A model generated the notes under the pieces. The model searched no databases and was not told the origin of the DNA. It was given only the letters and a program-made list of their open reading frames with translations. DNA of 63,311 bases, counting the filler, from Reticulomyxa filosa (lineage: Eukaryota > Protista > Foraminifera), in NCBI GenBank assembly GCA_000512085.1. It is 16 parts of 16 records of this genome, joined end to end, with 100 filler letters (N's around TTAATTAATTAA, not from the genome) between each part and the next. Parts side by side here need not be neighbours in the genome. Positions count along the whole stretch, not along the records: positions 7,845 to 11,472 come from ASPP01025454.1; positions 11,573 to 19,558 come from ASPP01021968.1; positions 19,659 to 23,058 come from ASPP01007800.1; positions 23,159 to 25,278 come from ASPP01012766.1; 12 more parts are not named here. One strand, 5' to 3'. Every line of letters starts with the position of its first letter. Position 1 is the first letter of the stretch. Positions 10,901-24,890 of this stretch are shown here, in pieces. Both the position numbers and the translations under genes were made by a program.

Positions 10901-13900
10901 AGTTGTCCTCAGGGCTATGAGCGCGATTCGACTTACATGTGCGTTTTATCGTGTACAAGGTCCCACAAACCCTAAAGAAGCAAACAAATGCTGTTTTATG
11001 TCGTCCAATCCCTTGGGAATCATCGAATGCGACTTACATAGTGCAAAGTCGACAATGAAAGTATGAAGTTGAAGAGTTTTTATCTGATTTTATAGTTACA
11101 AATTGTGTGTTTTGTTTGAACATTTGAATTGTTTTGGATTTTGAAATAATATTTGATTAGGATGTACATGTTCTTGCATATGATGTTGGATAACCAATAG
11201 CCACAACTTGCAATTGACCTGATGATGTTTTCTTTTCAAATTTTATAAATAAAATTCAATTTTTATTTTGTTTTTACCACTTTACTGCAAAATTGTAACA
11301 TTGAAAGCGTGACTTTACTTGTTTTGTTTTGTTTTTTTGAGAAATACTGTGTTAAATCTTTGACGAAGTGCTTCTTTTAACTTTGAAAGGAACATTTACA
11401 TTGGCTTCTAGACACTATCTAAAAAAAAAGTAGTCATAACAAGTTGTATACAGATCCTTAAAAACACTTTTCNNNNNNNNNNNNNNNNNNNNNNNNNNNN
11501 NNNNNNNNNNNNNNNNTTAATTAATTAANNNNNNNNNNNNNNNNNNNNNNNNNNNNNNNNNNNNNNNNNNNNGATCATGCCAATTAAATTGCTTTGAAAT
11601 TATTGTATTACAATATTACTTTGGAAGTTGACGGAAGTGTCAGTATTATTGATTTTTTGTTATATACATTTGATAATTATCGATTAACTTTAAAAATACT
11701 TTCACAGAATTTATGCGATACGATATTAAAGAATTGTTACAGCTAAATAAAAATTATGTAAGTGATCACTTACCAGTTGCAGCAGTGTCTGTAACTCAGT
11801 AAAAATGGATACAAAAAAACTCAAAACAAAGGCAAGCTAAAAAGAGAACTTTTAACATCATTACTTCAATTGTGGTAGGTATTTTAAGTATGCAGTTTTT
11901 TTTCCAACTTACTGTAACACGCATTCCAAACACAATGAAGTTTCATTTGCACTGTTGAAAAAAAGAAAAAAAAATGATATGTCAATTTACTTGTTATAGC
12001 AGTTCTATGGGCTTTTTATTTCAAGGTTAGGACGTGATCAAAAAATCTTCGATATCCGAGTTTTTGACTTTTAAAGCGTACCTATAAAAACAACTATTCT
12101 TTTCGTAAGCAAACAAAAATTTATTCGTTAATTTTGTGTAGTTTGTCTTTTTTCTCGATTCAAACCAATATCCATTTGTTGATACTCTCATTGTAAAGTT
12201 TGAATCTCAAAAAATAAATCTTCTTTTATTCCATTTAATCAAGTAGAAATTTGAACAAATGCACATTAAATCCCAATTCGAGTTGTTTTTTTTTTTAATT
12301 TCGTTTGGATTAGTTTGTGAATGATTCAATTGTACAGCACAATATCCAATTAGTTGGGCAGATGCATTTGTATTGTTTTTTCAAAGTATGATATTATCTT
12401 TGAGTATGGAACTAGACAAGCTTTTTGGAAAATTTTCTTTATATTGTGTTATAAATTAAACTAATTATCATTTAACAAAAGTTCTTCCAGTTCAGTCAAA
12501 TGATGAATTATACTATTTTGTCTGTAGTATATATTTCATTTTAAAAAAGATTTCTTACTCAATACTCGATGACATCACTGGAAATACATTCCTAGAAAAA
12601 CAAAATCGAGTATAAGAATGATTTCTTTGTTTATAATTTATTCTTAAAAATTAAACCTTGGCTTCAACAAAAAGAGTATTTAAATTGTAAATGGCCATCT
12701 TAGTTAACACATGCTGACAATTATCTGAATTAGCAATTTTGTAAAAGATTATTGTGGTGTTCATTTATATTATGGTTCATATAAAGATCCAATTCGTGAA
12801 TGAAGTTTGTCCATTTGATAAAGATACGTGAAAAATATTGCCACTAAAATTGAATTTTGATATTTGATATTTTTGAGAAAACAGATCAATAACACAATAA
12901 TAGACTTAAACTATAATTGCTGAATTAAAAAACAATTTTCTATTTACACAAACAAAAACAGTGTCATTTTCAAAAAGATGTTCAAAAAAATTAAAAAATG
13001 CTCACAATTTTAAATATTACCATTTTTATTAAAAAATACTGATTATTGAAATTAAAAATAATTTTTCGGTTTTGTACAGATTTTTTAAAATCAGGCTAAT
13101 TTTATTCAGGAATTTCTGAAGATATTTTTCTTGAACTATTTGCATAAAAGGACTTTGTGGTGTAAGTCGAATAAAAATATTTTATTTCTTTCGTAGTATG
13201 TGAACAGTCACTTCAGTTACTTCAAAACAGGATCGGATAAAAACAGAAAATCAGCTAAAGTGTGGGTTACAAGGGGGAGCATAGTTCATTTTTTTTATTT
13301 TGGCAGATGTAATGTTTTTCTTTTGAAAGCAAGCTAAAAGATCTTGTTCCTTACCTACTATTGTTAGTGAATATGAAGATGCTTTCATGTGATTACAAGC
13401 AAGGTTTTGATTTTTTTTTTGTTCAGCGTCAGTCACTGTTATGAAACATTGGGGAAAATAACGTATTTGATTACAACAGATTCACACAAAAGAGGACAAC
13501 CACTTGTGCACGAACAACAGCTTTTATTTTATCAATATTAATAATCACAAACGATTTATAACTTCTCTCCCAAGACTTTTTTGAAGTGTGAAATAAAGAA
13601 TTTTTGAATGAGTGATAATCAAAGGGAAAGACAAACATTTTTATTTTTTTTCCATCGCATTAAGATCTACAATGGAAAAATTATTCTGTTTATAATTCAA
13701 AAGCAATCATCAATTACAAAATTATCATTTTCATCTTCTTTTATTATTACATTAACTCCATCAAAACTATCAATTTATGTAAAAATTTTTAATTGTTGGA
13801 ATTAATAATTTCTGAGAGGGTTTGTTTGTTTAGATCATTGCCGTTAGTTTTATTACTTCAACACCCATTTCCATCTTGCTTTTTCTCTTTGACCATGTAG

Positions 13901-14115
13901 ACACACTGAAATTGTTTTTCAAATCCAACCAAATCAAAAAACTGTTGCTACTGTAGAGTATGTTTTAAAAAAATAAAAGCTCTTTATAGAATAACATTCA
14001 ATATATTGTACAATTTGTTTGCTCGTTTGTGTGTGAAATTTATGTGTTAGTCATTTAAGTCAGACATTTGAATATCAAACGTCAATGTTTTTCTTGTTAT
14101 TGACTTTATTATTAG

Positions 14116-17100
14116 TTCACCGCTCGAGTGGAGTGACGCCAATATCATTCGATGCCTTAACGGTGTGGTTGTATACAGATAGCATAGTGCGCGTGACGTA
14201 TACAGCGCCGAAGTGTCGTACAAGGGAACGGAAGTTCCGTACACAGTGAAGAGAGAGGGTAGCAACGTGACGATCGAGACAGCAAATTTGCAAATCATAG
14301 TGAGGACAGATAACGATTGGGTGGGTTTTTACGACAACAAAGGCCAAGCATTGTTGACGGAGCCGTACAACGAAAGCGACTATGAAAACGGGAAGCAATA
14401 CACGACACAGACGGATCCAGTGAACGGGAAGAAGACGTACGAGTTTATCCAGCAGTGGCAGTTGCCATGGGAGAGCGAGAAGAACACAGCATTGTATGGA
14501 TTCGGAGAGTATCAGAATGGACTATCAAACTATCGCGACGCAACGATCCGATGTTTGCAATGGAACACGCAGGCGTGCATTCCTTTTGTGCTCAGCAATC
14601 AATACTGGGGTGTATTATGGGACAACTATGCCATTACAATGTGGAACAAGCCGGACGAGGAGATCCCTTTGATACCATTGAATCTGATGGACGGTGGTGA
14701 AGGAGGATGGCTGAACTACACGGCCGAATTTACGGCCCCTTTTTCTAACACGTCGTCGTATACGTATCACTTTTGGCTTGAATTGCTTGGACCTTACGAT
14801 TGGCCTTACGGAGGGAATTACTTGTATGTCACAGCCACGAGCAGGACCACTCGTCACACCCAAGTACTCATCGCTTGGACTGGTCAAAACGCTCTCGGCG
14901 GACAGATGATGACGAGGATGCACCTGCAACCCAATGAAACTATCGACTTTGTTCTTTTCATTCGCTGTCCTGATGTCATCTCGCCCAAGTTGTTTGTTCG
15001 TCTTCCTAGCACCAGACTTGACATCTCCAGTACGTATACTGACTTTATCGATTACTACTTCATCTTCTCACCCCCTCCCCCTTCTCAAGCTAGTCCAAGT
15101 AATCAAACGCAACCAACACTCAACACCAGAATGGACGGTGTCATTCAAGGCTTTCGTCTCTTGACGGGAGCCGCGCCTATGTATCCTATCTGGGCTTATG
15201 GCTTTTGGCAATGTCGAGAACGATATCACAACCAATCAGAAATCTTAGGTGTTTTTTTTTTAAAAAAAAAAAAAAAAAACACCTGTTAGTCCTTTTTTTT
15301 TTAAAGTTACCTTTTTCTTGCTAGATGCTGCCGCCAAATTTCGTGCAAAGCAGTTGCCCGTTGATGTCATTGTTCAAGGTTGTTTATTCATATACACATG
15401 TATATGCATACATATGTATATATATGTATATGTATATATTGTGATTTCGAAAAAGATAAAAAGATTGGCAGTATTGGGGAGACTTGGGCTGGGGACCACA
15501 ATGGGATCCCGAAATATATCCTCGACCACAAGATATGGTGACCGAACTGCATGCGATGAACTTCAAACTAATGGTCTCCGTATGGTCAAATTTCCAAAAT
15601 CAACCTCTTTTTATAGAATTATGCACAATTACAGCGAATTGATACCTGGCCAACTCAAGTTTAACTCTTTCTGTTCCTGTATTTGATGCCACTTGTTGAA
15701 TGTTGGACATATTGTCGGCATAGCTTCGATCCATACAATCCCAATGCCTCGGCGCAGTTTTATGAGTTTGTGAACGCTTCAATGTATTCCATTGGCGTGG
15801 ATGCCATTTGGCTGGATGCTACTGAACCTGAAGGTCCCCTTTTTTTTTTTAAAAAAAAAAAGTATATATATGCCACATGTGCAATCTTTTTTTTTTTTAA
15901 TTAAAAAAAAAGACTATCCCCAAATCAATCAAACGCTGAATATGTCGCAAACGACCGGACGACAGCTGGCAAACACATATTCGCTTTTTGTAAATCGAGC
16001 GTTGACAGATCGATTACACATCGATCAGCCGCATAAGCGAGTCTTTCATTTATCAAGATCGAGCTTCCCAGGACAGCAAGCCACGGGTGGTGCCGTTTGG
16101 AGTGGGGACATTAGTGGTTTGTATACGTATATATGCATATACATATACATATATATACATGTATATATGTATGCATATATACATATATTATATATATGTG
16201 TGTATACGTATACAAAATGCAATAGCCTCGAATGATGTCCTTCGTCGACAAATTGCGGCATCCCTAAACTTTCAGTTGTCTGGACTTCCCTATTGGAGTG
16301 AAGACATTGGCGGCTTTTTCCGTCCAGCGGATCAATATACCAATCCTTGGTATCATCGACTGTTGATTCGGTGGTTTCAGTTTGGCGCGTTCACGCCCAT
16401 CTTCCGAGTGCACGGCTCCGAAAGTCACACCGAGTACTGGAACTATGGCCCAACGGTACTCAAGGATGTGTTGCTGATTGATAACCTGCGCTATCGACTC
16501 TTGCCGTATCTCTACTCGTTGGCCTATTTCACCGCCGTAGACGGCTACACGATCCAAAGGCATCTGGTCCTTGACTATCCAGACGTGCCCCAGGTCTGGA
16601 ATATTGCGGACGAGTTCATGTTTGGGCCTTTCATTTTGGTCAGACCCGTTTGGGATGATATCAACACTACCACTGTCTATTTACCGAGGGCAAATGGTGA
16701 AACGTGGTGGGACTTTTGGACTGGCATCGAGTATGTCGGTGATCAGTACTTGTATAATATTAGCGTCCCATTAGATCAAATCTCACTCTTTGTTAAAAGT
16801 GGTGGTATTTTAATTTTTGGTCCTTTTGTACAATGGACCACTCAAGTTTCACTTATACATATATACATATACACATACACATATACATGTATGTGTGTAT
16901 ACGTATAATCCTATGTTAATATGATGTTTGTATGTCACACAAACTGATAGCTACCCTGGTATGTTTTGGAAATTCGAATATACCGAGGAATGGATGGCTA
17001 CTTTGTCTTGTATGAAGATAATGGTCTGGATCGACTTAGTATCGAAAATAACAAATACTCAACCATTGTCTTTCAATGGCTAGATGACTCCAAAACGCTA

Positions 17101-17262
17101 TCCATTTCACAGAGGGTTGGCTCCTTCCCTGGCATGATCACTGTCGTTCGGCAATTTAATATTGTCTTGGTCGCTAGCAATCATGGCGTTGGTGTTAATG
17201 ACACTACTCTTCCTGACAAAGTTGTTTTTTACACTGGAAGTGCTGTTCAAGTCAACTTCTAG
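14116..17262 (+). CDS. Glycoside hydrolase family 31 (alpha-xylosidase/glucosidase-like) with PA14-like insert, multi-exon; start uncertain
   Basis: PIWAYGFWQCRERY, DVIVQDWQYW, nucleophile motif WLDATEP, WSGD, GLPYWSEDIGGF, RWFQFGAFTPIFRVHG, LRYRLLPYLYS; introns include 15249-15324, 15379-15463, 15834-15912, 16117-16225. Confidence 0.93.
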
Positions 17263-19759
17263 TTTGTCTTTCTTCCTTCTCACTTCTTTGTCAAGCAGAC
17301 ATACTGATATAACACAATTCAGGGAGCAATGCTATATACATAATGTTATGCTTTTTACTTCTTTGTAAACATCTTAGTATTTTAGGATTTCATCTTATAA
17401 AAATGCCTTTTTTTTATGTGCACAGTGAAAAGTAAACATAAATTTTTATTTTGAAAATCATTCTCCTTTTTTTTTTAATATTTTTCAACTTTATATGTTA
17501 AACAGAGGATATCCCATTTTTTAAAACTTTTTTAGCACATAATTCTTTTTGTATTTTAACTATTTAAAGTGATTTGCACAAAACATTCGCAATTTACACA
17601 ATCTCAGCAATACATTTCAGCCAAGATTTTTTTTCTTTGAAACACAAAAAATTCTAAATAAGATATCTTTAAGAAAACAATTACATAATTATATTTGAAC
17701 ACAACAAACCTAAGAAATTCTTTTCTGAATGCAACCAATAAAAAAGAAAAATGCAAAGAAAGCGATCTGAGTTTTTTTTAGATAATGAAATTAAAAATAT
17801 GATAAAGTCTGTATTGAAGCAATATGATAAATATGCAAAACACTTGATAAATCCTAATAAAGTATTTAAAAAAGTGATAAATGCGTAGAGGAACATTTTG
17901 ACGGACTCCAGAGATTGCGACATTTTTTGAAACAGAGAATGAAGAATTTCGAGTCATCGAATCAAGTTAGACAGTTACTGCAGCATTATGTATCTTAGAA
18001 ACATTAGTAAACAAAGCTCTGGAAGAAAATATAAATTCTCAAAAAAAAAAGAGTCATTTTATCTGATCAAGACCAACAACGGGGCAACCAAAGGCACAAC
18101 TTGTCATTGATTATATAGTGTGAATAAACTCCATCTTTATGAAAGTGAAATGAGGTTAGAATAAGATATTTTATTTCACGTGTATAAAAAAAAATTGATT
18201 TATTTTTGATTTTTGTTTTAGTGAATCTAGCAAATTATCTTTCCTATCAAGTAGAACATTCAAACAAATTTCATTTCTGTTTCTCTAAGTATGTCACTTT
18301 TGAATAAATTTTTAAAAATATAAATTAACTTTAAATTTATGTTCAAAGTATCAATCCTTAAAAAAATATAGTTTTCTTGACTAATTTTCAATACTACAAA
18401 AGATTGGACTCCAAATTGCTTATTTTTTATTTCTTTCAAATAACAATTTCGTCTTAATGTCAATCTTACTATTTTCATTGCAACAGATTCAGACAAATGA
18501 ACATTGCGTTTTGTCAATTTTGAACTACCAAAAAGAGAAATACATTAACAAAATTTCAATAGCCAAATTTGTGCATTGCTTTGCAACAAAGGAAAAAGCC
18601 AGCATAAAAAAATTCTATAAAGTTATCTTCTGAAAACATAAAAAGGTTAAAAGTTTTGGAAGAAGATAAAAAGAAAAGAAAATGAATAATTATAATTTTG
18701 AAGAAAAGTTAACAATATTCCTTAAAAAAAAAGTGCATGTACTATGATGGAGGACGAAAAAAGAGCCATAGTCATACAATAACAAAACACACTTATGTGG
18801 ACACAAAAAAAACAAATAGTTGGAATAAATACTTTGAATGTCCAATGTCGACGCATGACGTCGACAAAGTGTACTCATTGGAGTCATCTACAGATGTAGA
18901 TACTTACATGAAAGATAAAATATAATTGGATTGCATGTCAATATGGGAGACATCTACAGATATATGTCTACATGATTGACAGTATGGGCGTAATGAAAAT
19001 GATAATCTACATCCAACATCTACATATGTAGATATTATTATAAGCGACATGACGGAAGTGGACATTCATCATCGCCTCTTATACGATCAAGGATGGCAAA
19101 GCTTTATGTTTTATTTTAAAAATATCTACAAATCGCGTAGTTTTTCAAATCATTTTGGTTTTTTATTCCATCTTTCTAATTTTTTTAAAAAATTTCAATC
19201 TTTCATTTATTTTTTTAACACTTTCTTTGTAGTTGCCTGAATATCATAATTTTTTTTTGTTTAATAATTAATTAAAACAGAAAAGTTTATTAGCATTTTA
19301 CAATTTAATTTGCAATTATTGTAGTTTTTATTCTTTTGGAACTGGTTTTTTGGAGCTTTTTGCAAATATTATTATTTATTTTTTTTTCAAGTCATTCCGA
19401 ACTGGTTACAAAGCTGTTCTGTAATGTCAAATACAGTAGATTGCAAAAAAAACTGCCATACCTAAATGGCACTATATGAAGAAATTTATTTTTTCGTGAT
19501 TTTGTTACCATTTTGTTGGTTTTCCTTGTGCATTGATTACAGCTTCAATTCTTCTTGGNNNNNNNNNNNNNNNNNNNNNNNNNNNNNNNNNNNNNNNNNN
19601 NNTTAATTAATTAANNNNNNNNNNNNNNNNNNNNNNNNNNNNNNNNNNNNNNNNNNNNAAAATTTATAATAAATAATATGGGCAGCAATACAATCTCTTG
19701 AAAATGATCAATCATTTTTGTTTTTTTCTCATTTTCTTATAAAAAATATACGCGATACA

Positions 19760-20180
19760 AATGTAGCAAAAATATATGCAACGAAGATTTTTCAAACAAA
19801 CATAAAATGAATAAACTCCATTGTAGAAAGAGCCCATAGATTCAGGAAATCCTGGAGCTGTGTTCATGATGGAAGTATCAATCGACGACAACATTGCATG
19901 AGGGCTTGAATGGACATTTCTGTCGGCTGTACCTTTACTATTTGTCAAGTCTGTCCTTTGCTTGTGATTTGTTTTTCCATGGTCAGGGATTTCCGAATGG
20001 CTACGATTCAAAAGTTGAGATATTGTTTGATTTTGAGCTTCATAACGGTTGCCATGTGTAACACTCATGATTTAAGATTTGATTCACCCGTGAACAATTC
20101 TTTTCCTTCCCCCCCAGCTTGTACTGTTGATTTTTCAACAAAACGTGTTCCCTGAACAAGATCAGGTTTGGTTAAAGAAA
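19760..20180 (-). CDS. Hypothetical low-complexity exon fragment
   Basis: Coding-like S/T/N-rich ORF 19712-20068; no family recognised. Confidence 0.25.
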
Positions 20181-21499
20181 TAATTTGCCTTTAATCTAAA
20201 TTTTTTTTACACTTTATTTTTTGGTGTTTTTTAAATTAAAAAATTGAAAGATAAAATCCAATTTTAAATTGTTTCAATTTTGTTGTGACAATCGATTCTA
20301 TTTGGTTAACAACTTTACTTCTTTCTCTTATCCCGAAAGTTCTGCCTATCACATCCTGCAATGTTTTAGTTATGCGACTTTTGCATTTTATTTATGTGTT
20401 TTGACTACTTATCAATTATTCAATAGAAATGTTATTGTTTCCTTTCAAATACTCAATTAAAAAATCTCTTAAAAAATTTTGTAATTATACAATCATTTTT
20501 TTTCCCCCACTGTTACACTTTTTTGAAATTTACTCCTCGTTAAGAGCCAGCGTACAACACAAAACAACTTGTCATCTATTAATCATTCATTCAACAAAAA
20601 CATTAATTGAAGCGCTTAAATAGCACAAAAATGTTTCAAATTTTTACGCAAAAATGATATCTATTTATTCATTTTCGCACGATACGTTTGTTGCACTAAG
20701 TGCTTTCTCTGTCATTCCGTGGCTCAACTACCGTATTTCAAAGCGGTAATCGAAAAAGAAATGAGTGAAACGTACAGTAAATATTTTGTTCGTACCTTAG
20801 TCACAGTTTTGATTCCGTTTTTGCGCTGTGGTGAAAAAGTTTTCTTCAATTATCAACTACACGTTTTAATCATTGCTAAAATAGTAAGTGTAAATTGATT
20901 AACAACACAAATTACAAAATCAAATTAACAAAAAAACAAAGCTAACAAAAAAAAAGTTTGTGCGGGGCACACTTGGAAAAGAACAGATTTACAAGAATCT
21001 TTTTTGCTCTTTAATTGTATCCTGATTAAAACACTTTTATTTAAAACTGTCTACGTTTTTTATGTTCTCTGGTCTGTTCTTGTATCAGTCCTAACCAATT
21101 AAATAAAAACTTTCAGAATCTCATTTCCATAAGATGCATTAAACTCATTCGTAATTGCTAGAGTTAAATGAGTGACAATAAAACAAAAGTGGATGCAAAA
21201 AGTGTGCATTAAAAGATGTAAGTATATTCACAAACTCAGCTGTAACTAAGTATTTAAGAGAAGATTACAAAAAAACTCAAAAAGGCAGCAAGTGTAAATA
21301 TTTGTAATGTCATGGTGCTCTCCGTTAAGACAACTAACTTTGATTATCAAAAAATGTAGATTGTCTCTTGTAGTGCAAAAGGAAAAAGAAAATTGAGCTA
21401 AATGAATGCAAAAATGGATATTGGAGGAATCTAAAAATAGCGTCTACTTTTTTAAAATGGTTGAAGACTTACTGATAACAAAAACCTCGTGATTGGACA

Positions 21500-23058
21500 G
21501 TAACAAAATTGCAGATAAAAAAGTATTGAAGACAATTGGAAAGGGAAGGCGGGAAAAAAGTAAATTACTTGAGTTCTTCCTTTTGTGGATAAGAATGTCC
21601 CCATCCTTCACAAGGATGCAAGAAATGAAATTGGCTCACAGGTTGAACATCCACACTATGAAGATGATAACTTTCCATGTTTTGCAAAGTCTGATGAATC
21701 TATTGAATTGGAATGTAAATATTGAGACTTAACTTCGAGTGCAATGACTTTAAAAAAAAGAAAGAAAGAGTGAGTTGTATAAGGTAGACAAAGCATACCT
21801 TGCACCAACTGCCATGTTTGACATCATCACGATGAGGAGCTTTTCCCGAACAGAAGGAGCAAATATATTCCACGGCTTTTCTTTCAGTTGTGGATGGAGT
21901 CATATCAAAATCAGAGGAGCAAGGTCTTTGACTCAAAAACAAGAGCACTTGTTTTGCGTGATCAATTGCACTGACAATTCTCTCTTCTCGTGTCTTTGGG
22001 GTGTTGCTAGAGTCATTGGCGACGCATTCCAAATTCGAAGGTGGACTTGCCTTATCACGTTTTTTGTTTCTTTTGGATAGCACCAAAACGGGACAAGTGT
22101 AGCTGTTTTTCTCAATAAAAAAATTTGTAAACAAACAAAACAAAAAAAAAGTGAATGGCAATGTCACATTTGAAAAAAAAAAAAAAAGCAAACCTACCAC
22201 GGACCAATCCATGTCAATGGAGAGTGAACTCGGACTTGAAATCTTTGCTTTTGATGTCTGCTTGACACCTGTTCAATCCTGAATGATATGGTCAGCTTGC
22301 CACATGCATTCAGTTCCATCGATCCACAAGAAGGATCGACGGATAATATCTCTTGATTTGACACAGGGGGATGTGAGCTGTTATCGTATACAAGTGTCAA
22401 TTGAATTGGAATGCGCACTGTCAAGTTATTTAAAATCTCATTGTGCTTGTCTTTAATTCCAATCACACATTGAATGTTATTGTGCTTCCCGCCTTCGTCT
22501 TTATACCATTTGTATTCAGGTGCGCTCAGTCCTACGTCTTTGATCACTGTCAATTTGTGCGATACAATTATAAAGGGCTTTGTCACAAATGGCGTCACGT
22601 GTGCCATGTTTGTTTCAAAAGAGATTCGACACGGCTTGTTCGACACCTGCTTAAACATGAGACGCTGCTTACAGCTTATCAATGACCCACTTAGCCCTAT
22701 TTTTACTGGGTTTTTGTCACATTCCATCAGTTCGTCTTTTTTTATATCATTGCCACTATTATCACTTAATAATTGTGTTTTTATTTCCAAAGACATCATC
22801 TCGCCACTGTTCACCGCTAAGGGCATTTTGTCTTTTCTTAAAAAAATTTCCACTGAATAGTATCTCTCTGCAAAGAGACAGTGATCAAAATGCGGAAAAT
22901 TTACGTGCACTTCGCAGCCATGCAGAAGCAAAGACATGTCCAATATTTCAATGTACTAATCTCAAACATTCACCTTCACACCAATTTTTTCCTTGTGTGG
23001 TTTGCATTATTACTTCAATTTGATGTCTATTATCATTTTCTTTGACTTCACAAGTGAT
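21500..23058 (-). CDS. Putative CudA/STAT-like transcription factor, multi-exon, 5' truncated
   Basis: WYKDEGGK, TISFRIEQVSSRHQKQRFQVRV and TCPVLVLSKR resemble CudA/STATL-type DNA-binding domains. Confidence 0.5.
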
Positions 23059-23158
23059 NNNNNNNNNNNNNNNNNNNNNNNNNNNNNNNNNNNNNNNNNN
23101 NNTTAATTAATTAANNNNNNNNNNNNNNNNNNNNNNNNNNNNNNNNNNNNNNNNNNNN

Positions 23159-24890
23159 GCTGCTGCCATGGACATCGTCCGATATCATTTGCTTCAGCGA
23201 CCACATGCCGTAGACCGCCACCACCACCGCCGTCACGCACGTGAAAATGCCACTCATCGAAAACATCATTTTCAGCAGCCGCAGCACTCCGTTTTCATAC
23301 ACTTCTATTATGTCGCCTGCGATCGGCGAAATCTCTGTTCGGCCTGCATATGTTGTGATATTCATTGTCTCTCGGTTAGATACATACACAAGTATGTGTA
23401 CATTGGCACATGCATCACACTTTTTCCTCTATCCGAATAAATATATTTTACCTTTGAACATTGGTCTGGGTGCTTGACTGTGTTCATAAGTGAGCATACC
23501 TAACGAAACAAAAGCAAAGAACATTTATATAAATATAAATATAAATATAAATATAAATAAATACATACACATACATATATACATATATATGTATATATAT
23601 ATAAAGATTACCCCATTTGAAACACAATTCCTGCTCTTTTCGAAACCAAAATTCCACCATAATGGTTGCCCACAAGAGGTAGACTAAGGCGACGTATTCC
23701 GATCCGTCGGGCGCGATATCGCCGGTGGAGAATTGATAAATGGTGGCGCCGATGGCGACGGGGAAAGGAAAAACAGCCACGCGGTGTAAAATGACAGAAA
23801 GGCAAAGTAAAAGGCAATGTGTTCGCCAAAGTACTGTCTCAACTCCTCGACCTTGGCGGCCCACAGATTCCACGACGGCCTTATCACGTCGCACGTGTGC
23901 GCAACGGGCCGACGGCCGCAATTGAGCGCAAACACTTGTTTCAGCGGATGGTTCGCCAAGTTTAGATAGCGATCCACATTGAAACCGCATCCGCCCAACT
24001 TGGGCGACTCGGTCAGGATTTGGTACAGTATCCTCAGAAATATACGATTATTCAACAAGCATCCATTTTCGTCGTGCTTATATACCGTACGAGGGACGCT
24101 CGAGCTTTCAAATGCAATCTTTTCAATACAATACATCAAATGTATATTTATATTTATATGTATATTTATATGTATATTTATATGTATATGTATATGTATT
24201 ATGTGTTTGGTAAACATGTATGCCATTCCATATATCCATTGATAACATTTTGTACTCGTGCTCATGGCCATCATGAAAATCATCTTTTATGTGTATGTGT
24301 TTGTAAAAAAAAAAAAAATCTTTTTTGATTGGGAGAACATAAATACAATAGACATATCCAATTCAATCTTAACGAAATTTATCGGATGAATCCAAAATAG
24401 ACACATACGTCCGATGTGCCAACGCAAAACCTTCGTTTTGGCGTCCGTATTTTACTGCCTCTTTTGGCTCGATTTCGAGCTGGAAGTCGCGAATATCTGC
24501 CCAGTCCTCTGCCCACGAATCGGATACTGTCACTACCACGATTATGTACTGTTTTTCCGGATCTGGTGATTCTGTCAATATGTAGTCTAATCCTCCTTCA
24601 CGCAAACCCTCCAGTATGTCATCCTTGTTTGTAAACTCATCTGCAACACTTTGAGGCCTTTTAGAATTTTATGTTATTTTGTGCTTTTTTTTTAAACGTT
24701 ACAACGTGCAAGACAAGCTCTTTCTTACTTGGAACAGAACGATTTCGTCTTGTTGAAATCATCTTTTTCTACCACTGCCAATTTCGAATCTTTAATAATG
24801 CATTCATATTGCTTAGTCTCGCGATCAAACACCAAACAAAACCCTCGTGCCCGATCAGAGTGATTATGTGTCATTGTTTTAACAAGGGTA
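23159..24890 (-). CDS. Anoctamin/TMEM16 family protein, 5' part, multi-exon; 1-nt frameshift near 23765; truncated by contig end
   Basis: LRQYFGEHIAFYFAFLSFYTAWL and LWATIMVEFWFRKEQELCFKWG are anoctamin motifs. Confidence 0.88.

Noticed and set aside
11573-13100. Coding-like AT-rich remnants (also about 8700-9330, 17680-18050, 34430-34860)
   Set aside because: Too degenerate to assign to any family by eye
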